Assembly: GCA_040437565.1 (NCBI GenBank)
Contig: JBDOQK010000048.1
Location: 1 to 64,000, forward strand
Direction of reading: 5' to 3'
Length of the DNA stretch: 64,000 bases
Origin: Albugo candida
Lineage: Eukaryota
In this document: positions 48,695 through 63,600 of the stretch, piece by piece
Position numbering within the stretch: the stretch's first letter is position 1
How the letters are laid out: the number at the start of each line of letters is the position of its first letter
The notes under the pieces: model-generated
What the model saw: the letters and a program-made list of their open reading frames with translations, nothing else
The model's database searches: none
What the model was told of the DNA's origin: nothing
Position numbers and translations under genes: made by a program

Positions 48695-51600
48695 TCATTT
48701 GACTGCCCGACTTCTGGCGATGTCATCCCGTGTGTGGTCATATGATCTCCCATTCCAGCATTCATTCAAATTTCCAGGCAAACTCAAACGCTGTCGCGCG
48801 CATAACAGCCACTGCAAGATTAGTTTTTTCTCGATAGAAATGTTGGACCCACTTTCGTGAGATAATTTGGGTAAAAACCTATTCTTGTGCAAATTGCTAT
48901 CCGGCGAAGATCCTGACATGTGAAGTCTACTTCTGAATTCTTCTTTCTCTAGTGCATTGTGGCACGGATCGCATAGAGTCATATACTTGGCTTCTTTGCG
49001 GAAGTAGGCTTTCCAGAGATCCGAACCTGATTCCTGAGACCCATATGTCACTTCAAAAGTATCAATGAGTTCATCCATAGCGTTTCGATTAAGACACTTT
49101 CCGGTGATATCAAGTAGCCAATTCGTTAGCACCCTTTCATTGCTGGCATCACTTCGGCAATTTTCACAAATTTCTTGCTTGTTGCTCGCAAGAACAGTAG
49201 CAACAACGCTGCCATATGAGCGCCTATTTCGAGCCTTGGCAATCCAAAATAACATCACATCTTTAGATGCGCCTTGTACTGGAGTACTGGACCAGTTTCT
49301 TCGGAGCTTTTCAAAATTGTTCTCATCATCGGATGAAACTTCAGAATTCCTTCCGTGCTTCTTTTCCATATCGATCAAGTCGTTATAGAACTTTCGTATA
49401 TTATCATGGGATAATTTGTGCTCGGGATCAGCTGTTGCTATTGTGCGCGGAGTCAACATATCTTTCAGATGCTCCAATATCCAAGGCTGATTCATTTGTA
49501 AAAAACGATGGCGAAAGTGCTCTGACTTCATTGCCTGCAAATCCAAACGTTCCTGTTCTTGTTCATACTGCCGACCACCTCCAGCAAAAAGCTTGGTTGT
49601 GACGTCATCTTCTAATGTCACAGTGATCCCTTTCAATCCCCACATATTTGTACGATATCCGATGATATGGCTGACCCGATGAATGCACCAACATACGCCA
49701 ACCATAAGTGGAACAATAAGCAACGTTATCGAATCACCAAAAGGGCTATAATCAGCACGTAAAAAAATGGTGATGCTCATTACACATAGCAGTATCCCCC
49801 AAGAGTACACTGTAATAAGAAAATAAAATTGCGATGAAAAGCACAACAAACTCAGCGATTGAAATGTGGGATGAAGATTCTGATCCATTTTTGTGTGATG
49901 GAGTTGCCATCTCTTGACTCTGGTAGCAAAACAATGTCTCATATAAGAAAAATACTCGTAAATTTTCCATCCTCTTAGAAGCTCCATTGTATTTAATTCA
50001 AAGACTCCCATAATCGTATGCGATGGGATGATAAATATTCCAAAGAGAACGTAGTAGACCAAATCAGTGCGTTCCACTCCATACAATTCCGCGACTTTTG
50101 TGTCATCATAAAAGACAAGCTGAAATGCTGACATTAATGGAGCTATAAAGAGCTCCGTCGATGCCACGCAGCATCCCGTGATTCCATTAATAATGCACTC
50201 AATTCCAAGATCAATTTCATCATCGACTTGATCGGATTCTTTGTTAGCTTCTTCAGCTTCATCATCACTCGACGTCTTTGAGTCAAGATGTCGTTTAGCG
50301 ACACATTTGTGTACAAACCTTGGTAAAGTAACACCGAGCCGCTGGAAAAGATGAGCAAGGTACAAACGGTCTGCAAGCGATAGTCCGAGATTGAAGTAGT
50401 ACAATATAGCAAACTGAATGAATTCCGATGCAGCCGTTACAATCATCAATTCAGTTGCTGCCAGAACAACCAGGAACGGTACCACAAGTAGTCGCTCATG
50501 CAATACTTTCTGCAAAATTGTTTCAATGGCACTACGGAAGAGCTTAAAAATGACGAGGAAAAGATAAATATGCTTGGTGAATAAGGTTGAGTAAGAGAAT
50601 TCCCACGTTATCAGTAAGCCCACGATGAAAATGATTGTTATTAACAAAAAATTGACGCGCTTCCATGCAAGTGGTCTCCATAAATCGTTTTCTTTCCCCT
50701 TCTCTTCTTCTCTTTTCAACGTCTTTTTGTCATCCAGGTCGGCAGACGGTTCCCGATAAGCATAATCATTGGTTTGACTATCCAGAGTATATGGAATCAG
50801 CAAAGTAGCACCAAGTGCAAGTAAATACATTCCAGCAACAAAAAAGCATGTTCCAACGCGTCCTCTCTTGTAAATTGTTATTTGCTCTTGTGTGAGGGCT
50901 ATTTGGTACGTGTAATCACCAGGAATAGACTCAAAGGAAGCTTTACTTGGTGTGATCTCCGGATTATCAGAACTCAATCCATGCCACCATGCGTAGATCA
51001 GCCCACATACGACAAGAACAGGGATGGTTGCTACAAAAACTCCATACGATGGAGACGCAAAAATGTTCCACAGTAGTTGCTGAAATCGAAATCGTGGTGG
51101 ATTTTTTGATTTTGTGAGGCATCGACTTATAATCCAGGCAGCAAACTACGTTATAGAATCAGATGAGGTCAGTGGCAAGCTCGAGAAATATAAATGATCT
51201 ACTTACGCCCATTAATGCTGTCAGTAAGCCAACAAGAAGAAACATGATCAAGTAAATATGAGCGGTAAATTGGAAAAGATTCATTAGATCGAACCAGTCA
51301 AGAGGTTTCCAAATGATTTGCAAAGCATAACCGGCTGACGCCAGGGATTTGGTTGCTGCATTAATCGGGCATTGCCCGATCCCGATTGCCGACATCTTAC
51401 TCAAAATCTTCACTGATCTTGTGGGTGTACAAAGCCGACCAAAATTGATTTCTGCTGCCACAATACGCTTCTTTCCGGGGCTGACCTGGTAATAAGTCAT
51501 CCTGAAATATACCTCCTGCGGAATCGCTGACGGTAATCCTGCACTTTTTCCAACTTGAACCGCTATGAGATCATCGGAGGCGATGAGCTTACTAATTTGA

Positions 51601-54600
51601 TTGGAGCGTCCCCAATTCAAGAGATTCGACTCCGTGTGAGGATTTATTGAGTCATCCTTTCGAATCGCCGATCTAGTGATATAAAAAAGAGTAGTACCTG
51701 TCGGAGCCTCATACCATCTTGTCAATGCTGCTCCTCCTTCTAAATTTTCTTCATAAATGCAATCAAGCGATATGCCTCGTTCGGAATTGCTTTTATCAAC
51801 AAGCAAGCAGCTGTCAGCAATAGGGTTCATTTGCTTCCTCCACGGATACTGGTTCACGTGTTTTGTCGCATTGTAAGGCACAAAATTGCAATCGGGATGC
51901 GACTCGACCAGTTTGGATAGTATAAGATGAGAGCCATAACCTCGGCAATTAGAGAAAAAGGGAAGATACGGAATCGTCAAGTAGCTCGACTCATTAAGAT
52001 GTGTGTCCCACCAGTTGTCAGTATGCTGAATATTCCCAATTGCGTCTTTAATCGGATTGAGTCCAAAGTATTCGGTTGGTGGCACTCTTCGTATACCCAT
52101 TTGATCGTTTGAAATGCTCTGACCATTCATTGCTTCCTGTTGTGTGGTTCGAATGAAGCCGCGTTTCATTGGCAAAAGCGGATCCCCGACAAAAATGTCA
52201 CTAATACGATCAAGTAACAGCTTTGAAACAACTTTTGTTTCTGATTTAGTCTCTCCATCTTCCGTTTCCACCCGCTGTAATGTCTCGGGAAGATTCAATG
52301 GTAGCATCAAATTCTCAAAGCTACTCCGTTTAATGACACACAGTACCGAGTGACTTGATCGCACTTTTGGATTATAATCAGCTCTTGTTGGTGTGAATAT
52401 GTTCAGATCGATATGATGGGGAGCGAATCCTTGCAGGAAGTCCATCACATACAGACCGTGCAACAATTCCGCAACAACAAGTATCCTTGCTCTGGCCATT
52501 GCTGTAATACTAAATTGGATGTAGCCATGCTTGTTATCCGGTGACCCCAACTCAGAACTTTTTTCTTCAAAATAAGTAGGCATTGATAGCCGTTCACATT
52601 CACAACATCCACGTTGCGTTATCTCTTTTTTTAAGATATCATCAAATAATGTACGCTTCTCACAGAAATATGGCATGCTACCGCATACGGTGACATTCCT
52701 TTCGCTTTTCATGCATTCTTCATAAAATCTCATTCCTGTACGGCTGTCTTGACCCGGATAACTGCACGTCGGTGTAGCTGCCTTAAAATCACAAATGTAG
52801 CGTGGGGGACAAGGCTGGCAGTCCTGATAAATAGAAATATGATAATGGTCCAAATAAGTAAAGTTTTTGGTGAATTCTGTTGTGTTGATTGTGAATGTGG
52901 CAACTTGTAATTCTTCCAGACTGATGCCCTTGACTGTTCCAACAGGTTCAGACAGGTTTTCATGTAGTACGTTACTGCCAGTATTACCTGACGGAACCAA
53001 AGGGATGCGCCGCAGTACTTCAGTACCTGTTGTGAAACAATCATAAATATCATGAGAGCCAGCCGCCGATGATGTTCCATTCGGGCATTTGAGAAGAGAG
53101 GCACAAGAGCATGCATCCAACCGAATAGGGTTCGAGGAGTTTTTCACTTCGAAATTCACCATGTTTAAGGTCTCCTCTCCGTAGTGGTTGATGATATTGA
53201 CCGCATGGTAGAGATCATAGAGATAAGGATCGTTCCTCGAATTCGAGGATAGAACTAATTCTTGCTCTAGTCCAAATAATTCCAAAATCATGTTTTGGAG
53301 CTCTGAGTAAAGCCTAAACCTCTTAGTTTCTGTCCATGATGTTCGTAATTCAATACCGCCTTCTTCGATCAGAGCAGATATATTTCGCGTTACTCCGTCA
53401 CTTTCATTGTAGAAAAAGCACTGTCGCTGAATATTGACGGCCTTCTTTCGACCATACAACTCGGTGATCGGATTTACCTCATTTTCCGGGAAACCCTTGG
53501 GAAAAGTACACTTCCATAGCTCATAAACCCGATGCACCACCCTGATTTGACTTGCACAATCACATTCGCCTCGATATATTGCGAGTGCAACTTGTCTCCA
53601 CTTATGGTCACGAGCGCATCTAAAATTGTTAATAGTTGCTTCGCTTCTAGTGTATATACCTGAGGAACCAGGACTATTGATCGCCGTCGACTTATATATC
53701 AGTTCCAAATTCTGATCGACGCCATAGATACAGTGCAGGTCGTGAGATGAAAGAAGTCGAACAGTACCATCACTAAGATAGCTGGCATGACTTGTGTTGG
53801 AGTACGGATTGATTTGATTCGCATCCAACTGACGACGCAAACCATCATTGGCCATTAGACCAAGATATGGATTACTTGTACCTGTAGGACAGAAATATCC
53901 TTGAGGGCAAACGTTCTTATATTTCTGTGAGCTTGAGGTCCCTGGTGGGCAGAAATGGCCTGCAGGACACATTTCCGACAGCTCCCCATAGGGGGTTTCA
54001 AGCGTGATATCTGGAGTGGTGCCTGGACCGCATACATAACCACCAGGACAAGGATGGGATAAAGCATTTGATCCAGAAGTGCCGATGTCACAAACGTAAC
54101 CTTCTGGACAAGGCTGAGCCTGCGATACAATATCAGTCGCTGTTTTTTTGGATGAGATTCCTGAGTGACAAATGATATCAGCCTCACATGTGCCCGGAAA
54201 CCATTGATCCTTAAAGATATATCCACGGGTGCAATTCTTCGAAGCTAAATTGTTGGGTTTTGCGGATGCGATAGAGAGTGAGCCACGGTCAAACATGTTA
54301 CTTGCAGGATCTTGGCCGACATTACCGTAACCTTGATGCGGAACGCCTTTTTCGATCTCATGAAGCGGTCCATGATAATAAGCTATTCGCTGATATAGGA
54401 TCGAGCCTTCTGGCTGAGCATTTTTGTAGCATCGACCATCTCGCGAATAGAGAAAATGCGGACCTCTACCTTGTTCGTCTATCCAAGGCTCCAATAAAAC
54501 GCCGTAAAAATAAGTACTTCCTCGTTGTGAGCACTCTGCATAGGACAGATTTTCATGTATCGGAACATACTGATGAGGTAAATCGTTTGGGGAACATGGA

Positions 54601-57600
54601 TATATTGTGCCTTCATTCGGACACACAATGCCAGGAGGACATTTTATACATTCCTCAACCCCGCGCAGCTCCCAATTTTTGGACCATGTACCGGGAGGGC
54701 AAGGAAGACAAGATATACCATCAGATGATAAAGAGCTACGATACGTTCCTGGTAAGCAAATATCAGCTCGGATTGAGCCTTCGTTCTCGCAACTCGTTCC
54801 AGGGGGACAAGCAATGCAAGTTGAAGATTCTATGGTAGGAGCATAGTGGCCAGGTGAGCACGCTGTCGCCGTCGAAAGGCCCTCCAGAAGTGCATATTTA
54901 CCGGGCTGTGTTGGGATGGGGACAGCTGTTCCCACGGGGCAAATGAAGCCGGCAGGGCACAACCCTGATCCTTTTCGAGATACTGATGCAAGCTCACACA
55001 AAAAGCCAGCAGCACAGTGCTGCGCATACCGAAAATCCCCATCACGGATTTGGTCGGATATTGCACCTTTGAGACAGTAGGTGCCTGGTTTGCATGGGTA
55101 CGGCCGAAGACTAGTGTCGTTGCGAAACACATCGACAGTAGCAGTACCATTTGGACAATAATATCCAGCTGGACAAAGGTAATTTGGAGAGGTAAGCCCT
55201 CTTTTGCTACATACCATTCCTGGAGGGCAGATGGATGGTACAATTCGGTTGAAACCAGGACAAATGTAGCCAACGGGACACAGCGTGCATGCTTCTTGAC
55301 TGAGCATGCCATTAAATGTTCCAGGAAGACATGAAATCGGTGATTTTAATCCAGTACGAGGGCAATACGTACCAGCAGGACAAGCGATTTTATCTCCAAA
55401 TGGACAGTAAAACCCTACTGCGCAACCTCCCCAGCCATGAGGACTTTCACTACCCTCTGGGCAATACATGCCATCAAAGCAAGGTCGAGGCAGTGTAAAT
55501 AGATTCATCACAGAATTGTTGCCTGGTGATCCTTCATGGCAGTACATGCCGCTTGGACACGGTAAAGGCTGTTGGAGAGCTTGTAGATTTTTGAACATAG
55601 CTTGGTTGTTCGTCATACGTCGAATGTCGTATAAAAAGTAGTGCAAAGGAGAAGTACACTGGTCTTTTAGACAAAAACGGCCTCGTTTAGCTTTAAAGAT
55701 GGATTCTGATGACAGGGGAACTTCCCTAGAGTCCATCCAAAATCGAGCTGGTTGATCACTGAGCTGTAAACCAAAGTCATCTGTCGCATTATTCCAACAG
55801 CCACTCTTGCGTGTCCTAAGACGATAATATGGGTCAGGACTGTTTATAACCGCAACTGAGCTCTTTTGTGCTGCAATAATCGATGAAACAATCGAACGCG
55901 AAATGCAGCCTGAAACGGATGTTGCTGTACCCTCCAGACAGAAATGTCCCTTAGGACAAAGCTGTGATGCTACTCTAATCTCGGGTATATCGCAAACATA
56001 CCCAGCTGGGCATATCTGTGGGACGTGCATACCAAAGTTCGGGCAGTGATAACCGATCGGGCACCGAAGGCATGCAGATGCACTAGAAGACGACTGATAC
56101 GTTCCCGGTGGGCAAAGGGTGAAATTACGATTACCCTCTCCTGGGCAGTAAGCTCCTTTGGGACAGTTGATTCCTTGACCATTCACATGAAGAGGACAAT
56201 ACATCCCTGACGGGCAAGGTCCAAGCAGGTCCATGACTTGAAAACTCGATGTGAAGTCGATACCATTCACGGAAATCTCAACATATACGTTGCTGGCATG
56301 CAATAACTGTGATCGGTTTTTGTCGGCAATAATTCCTTGAATCGGTCGAAAATCATTTATTATGCAGAGCATGAGATTTGGTGTGATAAAAACCGCATCA
56401 ACGAGCTCGATTCCCACTCGGCATACTAACGTAGTCACATTGATGAAATTAAACCCTTGGATGAAAAGACTCAACTCTGGGACATCATAAACCTGAGGTG
56501 GATATATTGATGTAACATTGGGATCCTCGTAGTAAATGAACTCCAGACCACTTTGACTGAATTCTAATCCGTTATTGGAAACATCAATGCTCACTGCAGA
56601 AAGCTGATAATGAGGATAAGTTTGGGCTTCTGAGGGTTTAAGACCAGTACGAGTCTCATCAGATGAAAATGGTCCGGTCCGAGCTCCGATAGAAGTATAC
56701 TCTAGTCCTCTACTATGTTCAGAAATGGGCGGCGAGGTGCATGTCATCTTGTAAGGACTCCTATAGGCTCCTGGAGTCACCGTGAAACCGAATCGGCATG
56801 AAAGGGAAGAATCATTGACAAAATCCTGACCATGTATTGTGACAGTTGTGCCTGCACGTCGGGCAGGCCCCATGACTGGAAAAATGTCTTTCATGATCAG
56901 TGTACGATAGTATAAGAATGTCAAGCCTTGAGAGGTAAAATCCAATCGATTAGTGGTGATTTCGAGGGAAAGTAAGCCTGCACGGGATACTTTTGGTGCT
57001 TTACACTGAATTTGATTCGACTGTACCCAGCTTCCCAATACTATCTGGTCCCCAAATCTGCAATGAAGTTCATCGGAAGTATCCTCGAAGAACGGACCGC
57101 CGAAAATATCAACTATATAGCCCCCGTCAATAGACCCTGAAGATGGGAAAATGTCACGTATGATCACGGGTTTGTCGTAAGTGAAAATTGCTTGATCTAA
57201 TACATTCATATGGCTGGCAATAGTAAAGCTGTCCAGTGTAATGGTAACTGGTATATGAATTCTTTCTTCATCGTCGTCGAAATCTATGAAGAGCCGCGGA
57301 GAAATGCATGATATTTGAGTAAAACTCTGATACACTGCTGGTACTCTCATTTCATATTCATTTCCGAAACAGCAAGTGAGATGCGACGAATTAGGAATGT
57401 TACTGCCCATCACGACTACATTTGTGCCACCTTGGAATGGACCATGTGTTGTGTTGAGGCTATGTACTTCTATGAATGGAAGGTAGCGGTATAGGACACC
57501 GCTTCTTGAGAAGTCCTGCATATTCGATGATACCTCGACGGGGACCAAGAGTCCGTCTCTGGATAAGCCTTCTTGTGTGGTTATCAAAGCTACACTTACA

Positions 57601-60600
57601 TTGCTTCCTTTCAAATCTCCTCCGATGACATTGAGCGATATATCTTGCGCAAGTGCTGGGGTATATGTCAAATGCCAAACATGGTGCAGGTTAGCGGCGA
57701 CAATCGTAGTAGAGACGCTTAAATGTTCCAAATCAGGTAGAGTGGCAAGGTGTTCCTTCAAAATTGCATCGGTAGCATTGTAGGATATATAGGCGGTACG
57801 AGCATGGAGACAATCTTTTCCCTCAACGATGTCGGTGCAACGCTTTCCAGCAGAGGTCAATTCTAACTGAAAGTTTCCGGAAAGCGCCATTGTAGTGGCC
57901 GGATGTCTTGTTATTGTGACTATAAGCCCAATGTGCAACGGTTCATTTTCGGCGAACTTCAGCGAAATTGGAGGTGCATCTTGCAGATAGTCATGAAATA
58001 ATACAAGCCAAATGTATCCAAATCCATTGCTACAATCGATACGTTCCACCATCAGATTACCACTATACACAGTCAAAATAGAGCCTTTGAATTCACTTGC
58101 ATTGGCACGCGTATTGATTTGAGTTGTTGCGGAAGTGCTATTCAGTACAATTGTAAAGCTAGCATGTGGAGACGCAAACGCGCCGCAAATAGACACGCTT
58201 TGTATTTCGTTGTGCGCTCCATTCGCCTCAACCCGAGAGCTAACATTAATACGGCTTCCTTGCAAATTTGAACCATCGAGAACTACTGGCGCCAGCAGGC
58301 TTTGTGACACTTGATGCTGAACGGAAATCCATAGGGACGACAACGAGATTCTCAATTCGCACCAATTTTCGCCGTCAAATTTCTCTACAAAAACCTGCCC
58401 TTGAGATGATAACGATTCCAATGTAGAGATAATTTCTGACTCGGTCACATACCGAAGATGCATTTCTGGGCTTTTGCGATTTTGGTAAGAAAGACTAAAT
58501 GTACCACCCAGGTGAGCATTTTCTCTCGATAGTACATCATTACTAATGCTTATATTTGACTCTTTGAGGTTTGCATCAAGTTCTGGGACAAGTTCATGTT
58601 CCGAGCTTGAGTAGGGAAATGTAATATTCCAGTACAATTCTTGCCATGGACCTTGTCCAAACGATCGAGTGACGTTCACATGATTTCCAGCAAATATTCC
58701 ATATGAGTTCAAGGCTTTCATCATTCCATGTGCTGAAATATTCCATGGGAGGTTGGGAGTGTAATTGGTATTATAATTCAAACGGAACGTTCCTACGGTT
58801 GATCTAGTTGCATTTTGTAATGTCTGGGACGAATTGACAAGTTTTGATGAGTCGCTGTCGAATAGTATTAGCTGAACTTGCTCCAAGTCATCACACTCCA
58901 CAATTGATTCTCTATTTGGAGATCTGAAGTCAGCAAACGTTAGTGTCCATGTAACTCCACGAATCGATACATCAGTGCTTTGGTCAATTGTCAAGTTCTT
59001 AGTTCCATCGAGTCGACCGCTTGCGTGAAGTATTTGAAAAACGGCTTCCTTCAGTGAATCGATTGTTATATTTGTGAAAAGTGGCTCCGTCACTGCATTT
59101 TGATATCGCAGATAGAAATGATCATACACGACATTTTCCGCCATTGCGCTCAATACTTTTGTTTGATTGTCGTTTTCTCCGAGAGAAATGGTATCAAATT
59201 GCAATAATGCGAGCTGATCACCAGTATGGGTATTGATTTCGACTTTCCACGATCTTGCCTCGTTTCCGATTCGTAAATCCGAAACCTGAGCTACTCGCAT
59301 ACCAGGAAAATCCATCAGCAATTGGTCCAGAGAGGCTTTGATCGCATGACCGTTGTCATCAAATGGAATGTTGACAGGGCTCCATACGTCTTTGAGGCCT
59401 AATCGAAAAACTGGTAAAATTGGAGTTCCGACTCCTTTTCTTAACTCCACAACTGTTTGTGATTGTCCGCAGTTCATCTCTGGAACGTCTCCTGGCCAGC
59501 TTAGAAAAGTGATTTGCCACGCAGTACGACCGGTGGGAGTATTACCAATTGCAACGTCGATTTCTCCGAAACCTCCTAGCAACATCATTTGCTCAAATTT
59601 GTCACTATTTGAGTCGAACGGTATCGGTCCTGAGCTATGATTATGCACATCACATCTAAAGTGCCCACTACTGAGGGTAGTTGTCACTTGTTGCACTTCA
59701 CTTTTGCTTCCAGCACTGACTAAATTGATCAAGATACGTCCATTTCCACTTGCAAGGTTACCTACTTGTGGCAGTATTGTTCTGACTCTATTTGGTAATG
59801 CTGGAAATTCGACGATCCATTCGATTTCCCCGTTGAGATTTTGTGTTTTTCGACTGAGAATACTAATTTTTTTTGCTGGAAACACAGTATCTTCTAGTGC
59901 TGACAGTAGTTCTTCTGCAGAAGCATCATAAAGTATCGATAGGGAATCAGCGTTGTCGATGTTCAATTTGAAACTACCAGAAAGCGGTTGACTGAGGCCT
60001 TTCACCAGTTCCACCACTTCGATCTGCAAATCATTCGTACGTGAATCCTGTAATGACACATTGCGTACTATTAGATCCGGAACATCGCCCCGTTTCTCTA
60101 AGAACTCGATCTCCCAAGTGCAGGATCCTGTAATTGCTGAGATTGTTGATTTGCTTACTTTGACATTGCCAGCCGTTTCGAGCATCTCAATTGCGTACTC
60201 GACTTCGTCTGAAGTAGAATACGCATACAAGTGAATTGTCTCTTGACCTTGCATCTCAAGTTTGAACACTCCACCAATATAGGATGAAGACCACATACTA
60301 ATTATTTGGATCTCATTGCGTATGCTCAGCGGTGCTTGTGTCTTGATTGAAATAATCTCACCGTTTGGACCATTATCCGGGATTTGAAATGTGATTAATT
60401 GCACAGTTGTGTGTTCTTCACTATACACCATCAAACGCTGTATCTCCGGACTACGGACGGAATTAGAACGAAGTCGAATCTGCTGCACAGATGGTACGAA
60501 AGGGTCTGATTCGATTCGAATTCGCATCACATGCGGCAAGAAACTGGATGCCTGGATGTGTAGCTCCTGAACAATTTGCAAATCTACCAAAGGCGGAGAA

Positions 60601-63600
60601 GTGCATGCGAGTGAGTGTGGTGAAAATCGCTTTGCTTCGACAGTTGAACGACCAAAACGACAATAAAACTTGTCTCCGGTTGTATCATAAAACTCTTCTC
60701 CCTCTATCAGAACCTTCTGTCCTCCTCCCACAGGTCCTGAATCTGGATCTAGGCTCAGCACATGCAAAGGAATAACGAACCAGAACATTGACCGAGCCAT
60801 AATAAAGTTGTCAAGTCCATGCGATAATTTCACCACCACAGGACCATCTTTAGAGGATTGTGGTGTGCGGCATGTAATGTGACTAGCATTAAAAACCTCT
60901 GAGTTTGTAAGAGGCAATTCTCCAAATTGGCACTGGTATGAGATATTGGCATCATACTCGAAATGAGACATATAAACGAGCGTTCCACCTTCAATTGTTC
61001 CATGAGACGGAGACAACTGCATATGATTGTTCAGCCCGTCCATTGTGTAAACAAAGTCTCCTGCATATAAGTCAAAATCCAAACCATTGCTCGATATATA
61101 TATTGGCTTTGTGTACTCAGAAATATCTGCAGATACTTCAACGATCGGTGGCGATGTGCACAGCAAAATTGATTCTGACACAAGCTTTGCTGTTGTTACG
61201 GTGTCACCAAATTTGCACTTGAAAATACTTTCTGATGCTTCCATTGCAGATACGCTCGTGTTTTGTATTGACAACGTGAGTACCACATGAGTGAGACCCG
61301 TCACAGGTCCCCGCATGGGAGCAGCATGCACAACCTGTAATGGCATCACGTAGCGAAATGGTAAACTATGCATACTAAAGTCTTGAGCGTCATTATGGCT
61401 GAGCCGTACTTCCACAATGCTATCCGCACCCTCATCAATGATGTTGATATCTGTAAAAATGCCCACACCCTTTAAATCTTCGCCTAAGATATGTAAACTG
61501 CTCACAGTGCTCTCTGGAATAGCGCTTTCTGATTGTATCCTCCATCGTGACCCATTTCGACTCTCCGTGTCGTTATAATTGCTTCGAGTTACGTCCACGG
61601 ACCTTGCATCAAATAAATTTTGTAGCTCTCGCTTCAACAAATTCCCTTCGTCATCGACCGAAACCGTACTCGTCAGTCCCGATTTTGTTTGCAATTGAAA
61701 CGATCCCCTCAATGAAGCGACCTCCCCTTCTTGCAATGTTTTCACACAGGCGGTGATACCGTGCCCTACTAGCTGGCTTGTATCTACCGTAAGCAGTGGC
61801 ACATCTTCAAGAACATCCGAAAATTCAACTCGCCATTCGGTTCCATTTTCAATTGTTCTTTGCTCAACGTTCTTGATACCTCTTTCAGGTAATATGTCGG
61901 ATAATCGAAGCGCGCGCAATGCATTTAAAACGACAGCATCAGTAGCATTCGCATAATAAATCGAAAGTGATTGTTGATCCTTTAAGGTAGATCCTAGTCG
62001 AAAAAATCCTTTCATTATCGTTCCTCGAAATGTATCGTAGAAAATCTCGGCCTTCCCACTAACTCCATCAACCACTGCATCCTGGAGATATATTCTGTCT
62101 CCGCTCCCGTCCAGGACCGAAAATGTGATGTTCCAAACGACTTTGGAAGTGGTAAATTTGCTCACTTTGATCGGGTACAAGCCCAAACCTTTAGAAATTG
62201 CTTCATGCAGATCATCGGTATTTGCATCGATGCTAACTTTAGCCCATCTCGATGCATTTGTCGTCAATCCAAGAGTAATCTCCCCGGTTGTCTCGGCCGC
62301 GGCTCCCGATATACGCATAACACTTTTCGATACTTCTGAAGTTGAACTGAGATTATCATCGACAATTCTGAGCATTTTCCGCTCACTTGCATCCAGATCA
62401 AATGTGATATCCCAACAGAAACCATAATAATTTGGCACATACGACCTAGAGACATTGACATTTAAAGCCCCCTCTATTGATCCCAATATATCTCGAAGCT
62501 CCAAGGCGCGAATCATAGAACTCAACACGGGCGTTACACTCAGTCCATACGCCAAGACAAAATGGCCAGATATGGGGCTCTGAGAGGATATTATTATTCG
62601 TTGAACTTCCATGACCTTATCTTGTTGTGGAATGTGTATTGATACGACAGGTTGTGACAAATTACTCTGAAGCAGTTTTATTGACTGAATCTCACTTCGA
62701 ATTGGTTTTTTCGCTCCATCTTGTAAAGTGTGCACATGAACTCTGGCCCCTTCGTCATTACTTATCAGAAGCTGATTATCTGACATCAACATATCGATGT
62801 TTCCAGCCGTGGGTTGAAATGTCACTGTCCAAGAGTAACAAGAATGATCGTACGGATCGGATCGAGTTATGGCCATGACCGGAAGAAACTCGGACAGGAT
62901 GCTGAACATAGAATTTCGGGTCCCATCCATACCCGGAGCATCATATGCGATATACCTTGACCAACGTATACCGGTCCCGACGCTATTTGTTGATCCTAGC
63001 GAAAAGTATCCACTCAAATCCGAGCCTCGTGATTTTAGATGTGTTGATATCACCTGTACTTCCGATCGTGCGATAAACGCCGCGATGACGATTTCGAATA
63101 TAGTTGGTCTCAGGGTACTAGAAGGAGTATAACAGCGAACTGAGGTGCTTGACTGTTGGTAGGCAGGCACCACAAAGTTTCGTGAGCGTCTGTGGCCAAA
63201 TTGGCAGTGTGTAATGCGTAGTCCTCTCTCAGTTGAGTGGTAGTCAACCACGGTCGCGGTGCCACCGTTGAAGGGACCCGATTGAGGATTTATTTTCCGT
63301 AATTCAATCTCCGGGTAATAATTGAAACGAGTTGAATTTGGTATCGGAATAAAGTCTTTGTTATTGTTTGAGATTCTGAGGCTTGCCCACCCTTTTGCCC
63401 GATAAAGCTCCGCATTACTACAGGTGGAATTGCACCAATGTCCTAGAATTGAAGGGGCTTTACAAACGACCGAATTGCTTGATAGAAAAATCCCTTTTCC
63501 AACGCTAGTCGACGTATAATTCCTTGCAGGAGTATTGATTGACCACGAGCAGCTTAACATGGATGAATTGATAAAGTTGGTGCCTTGTATAGTTACTGAC

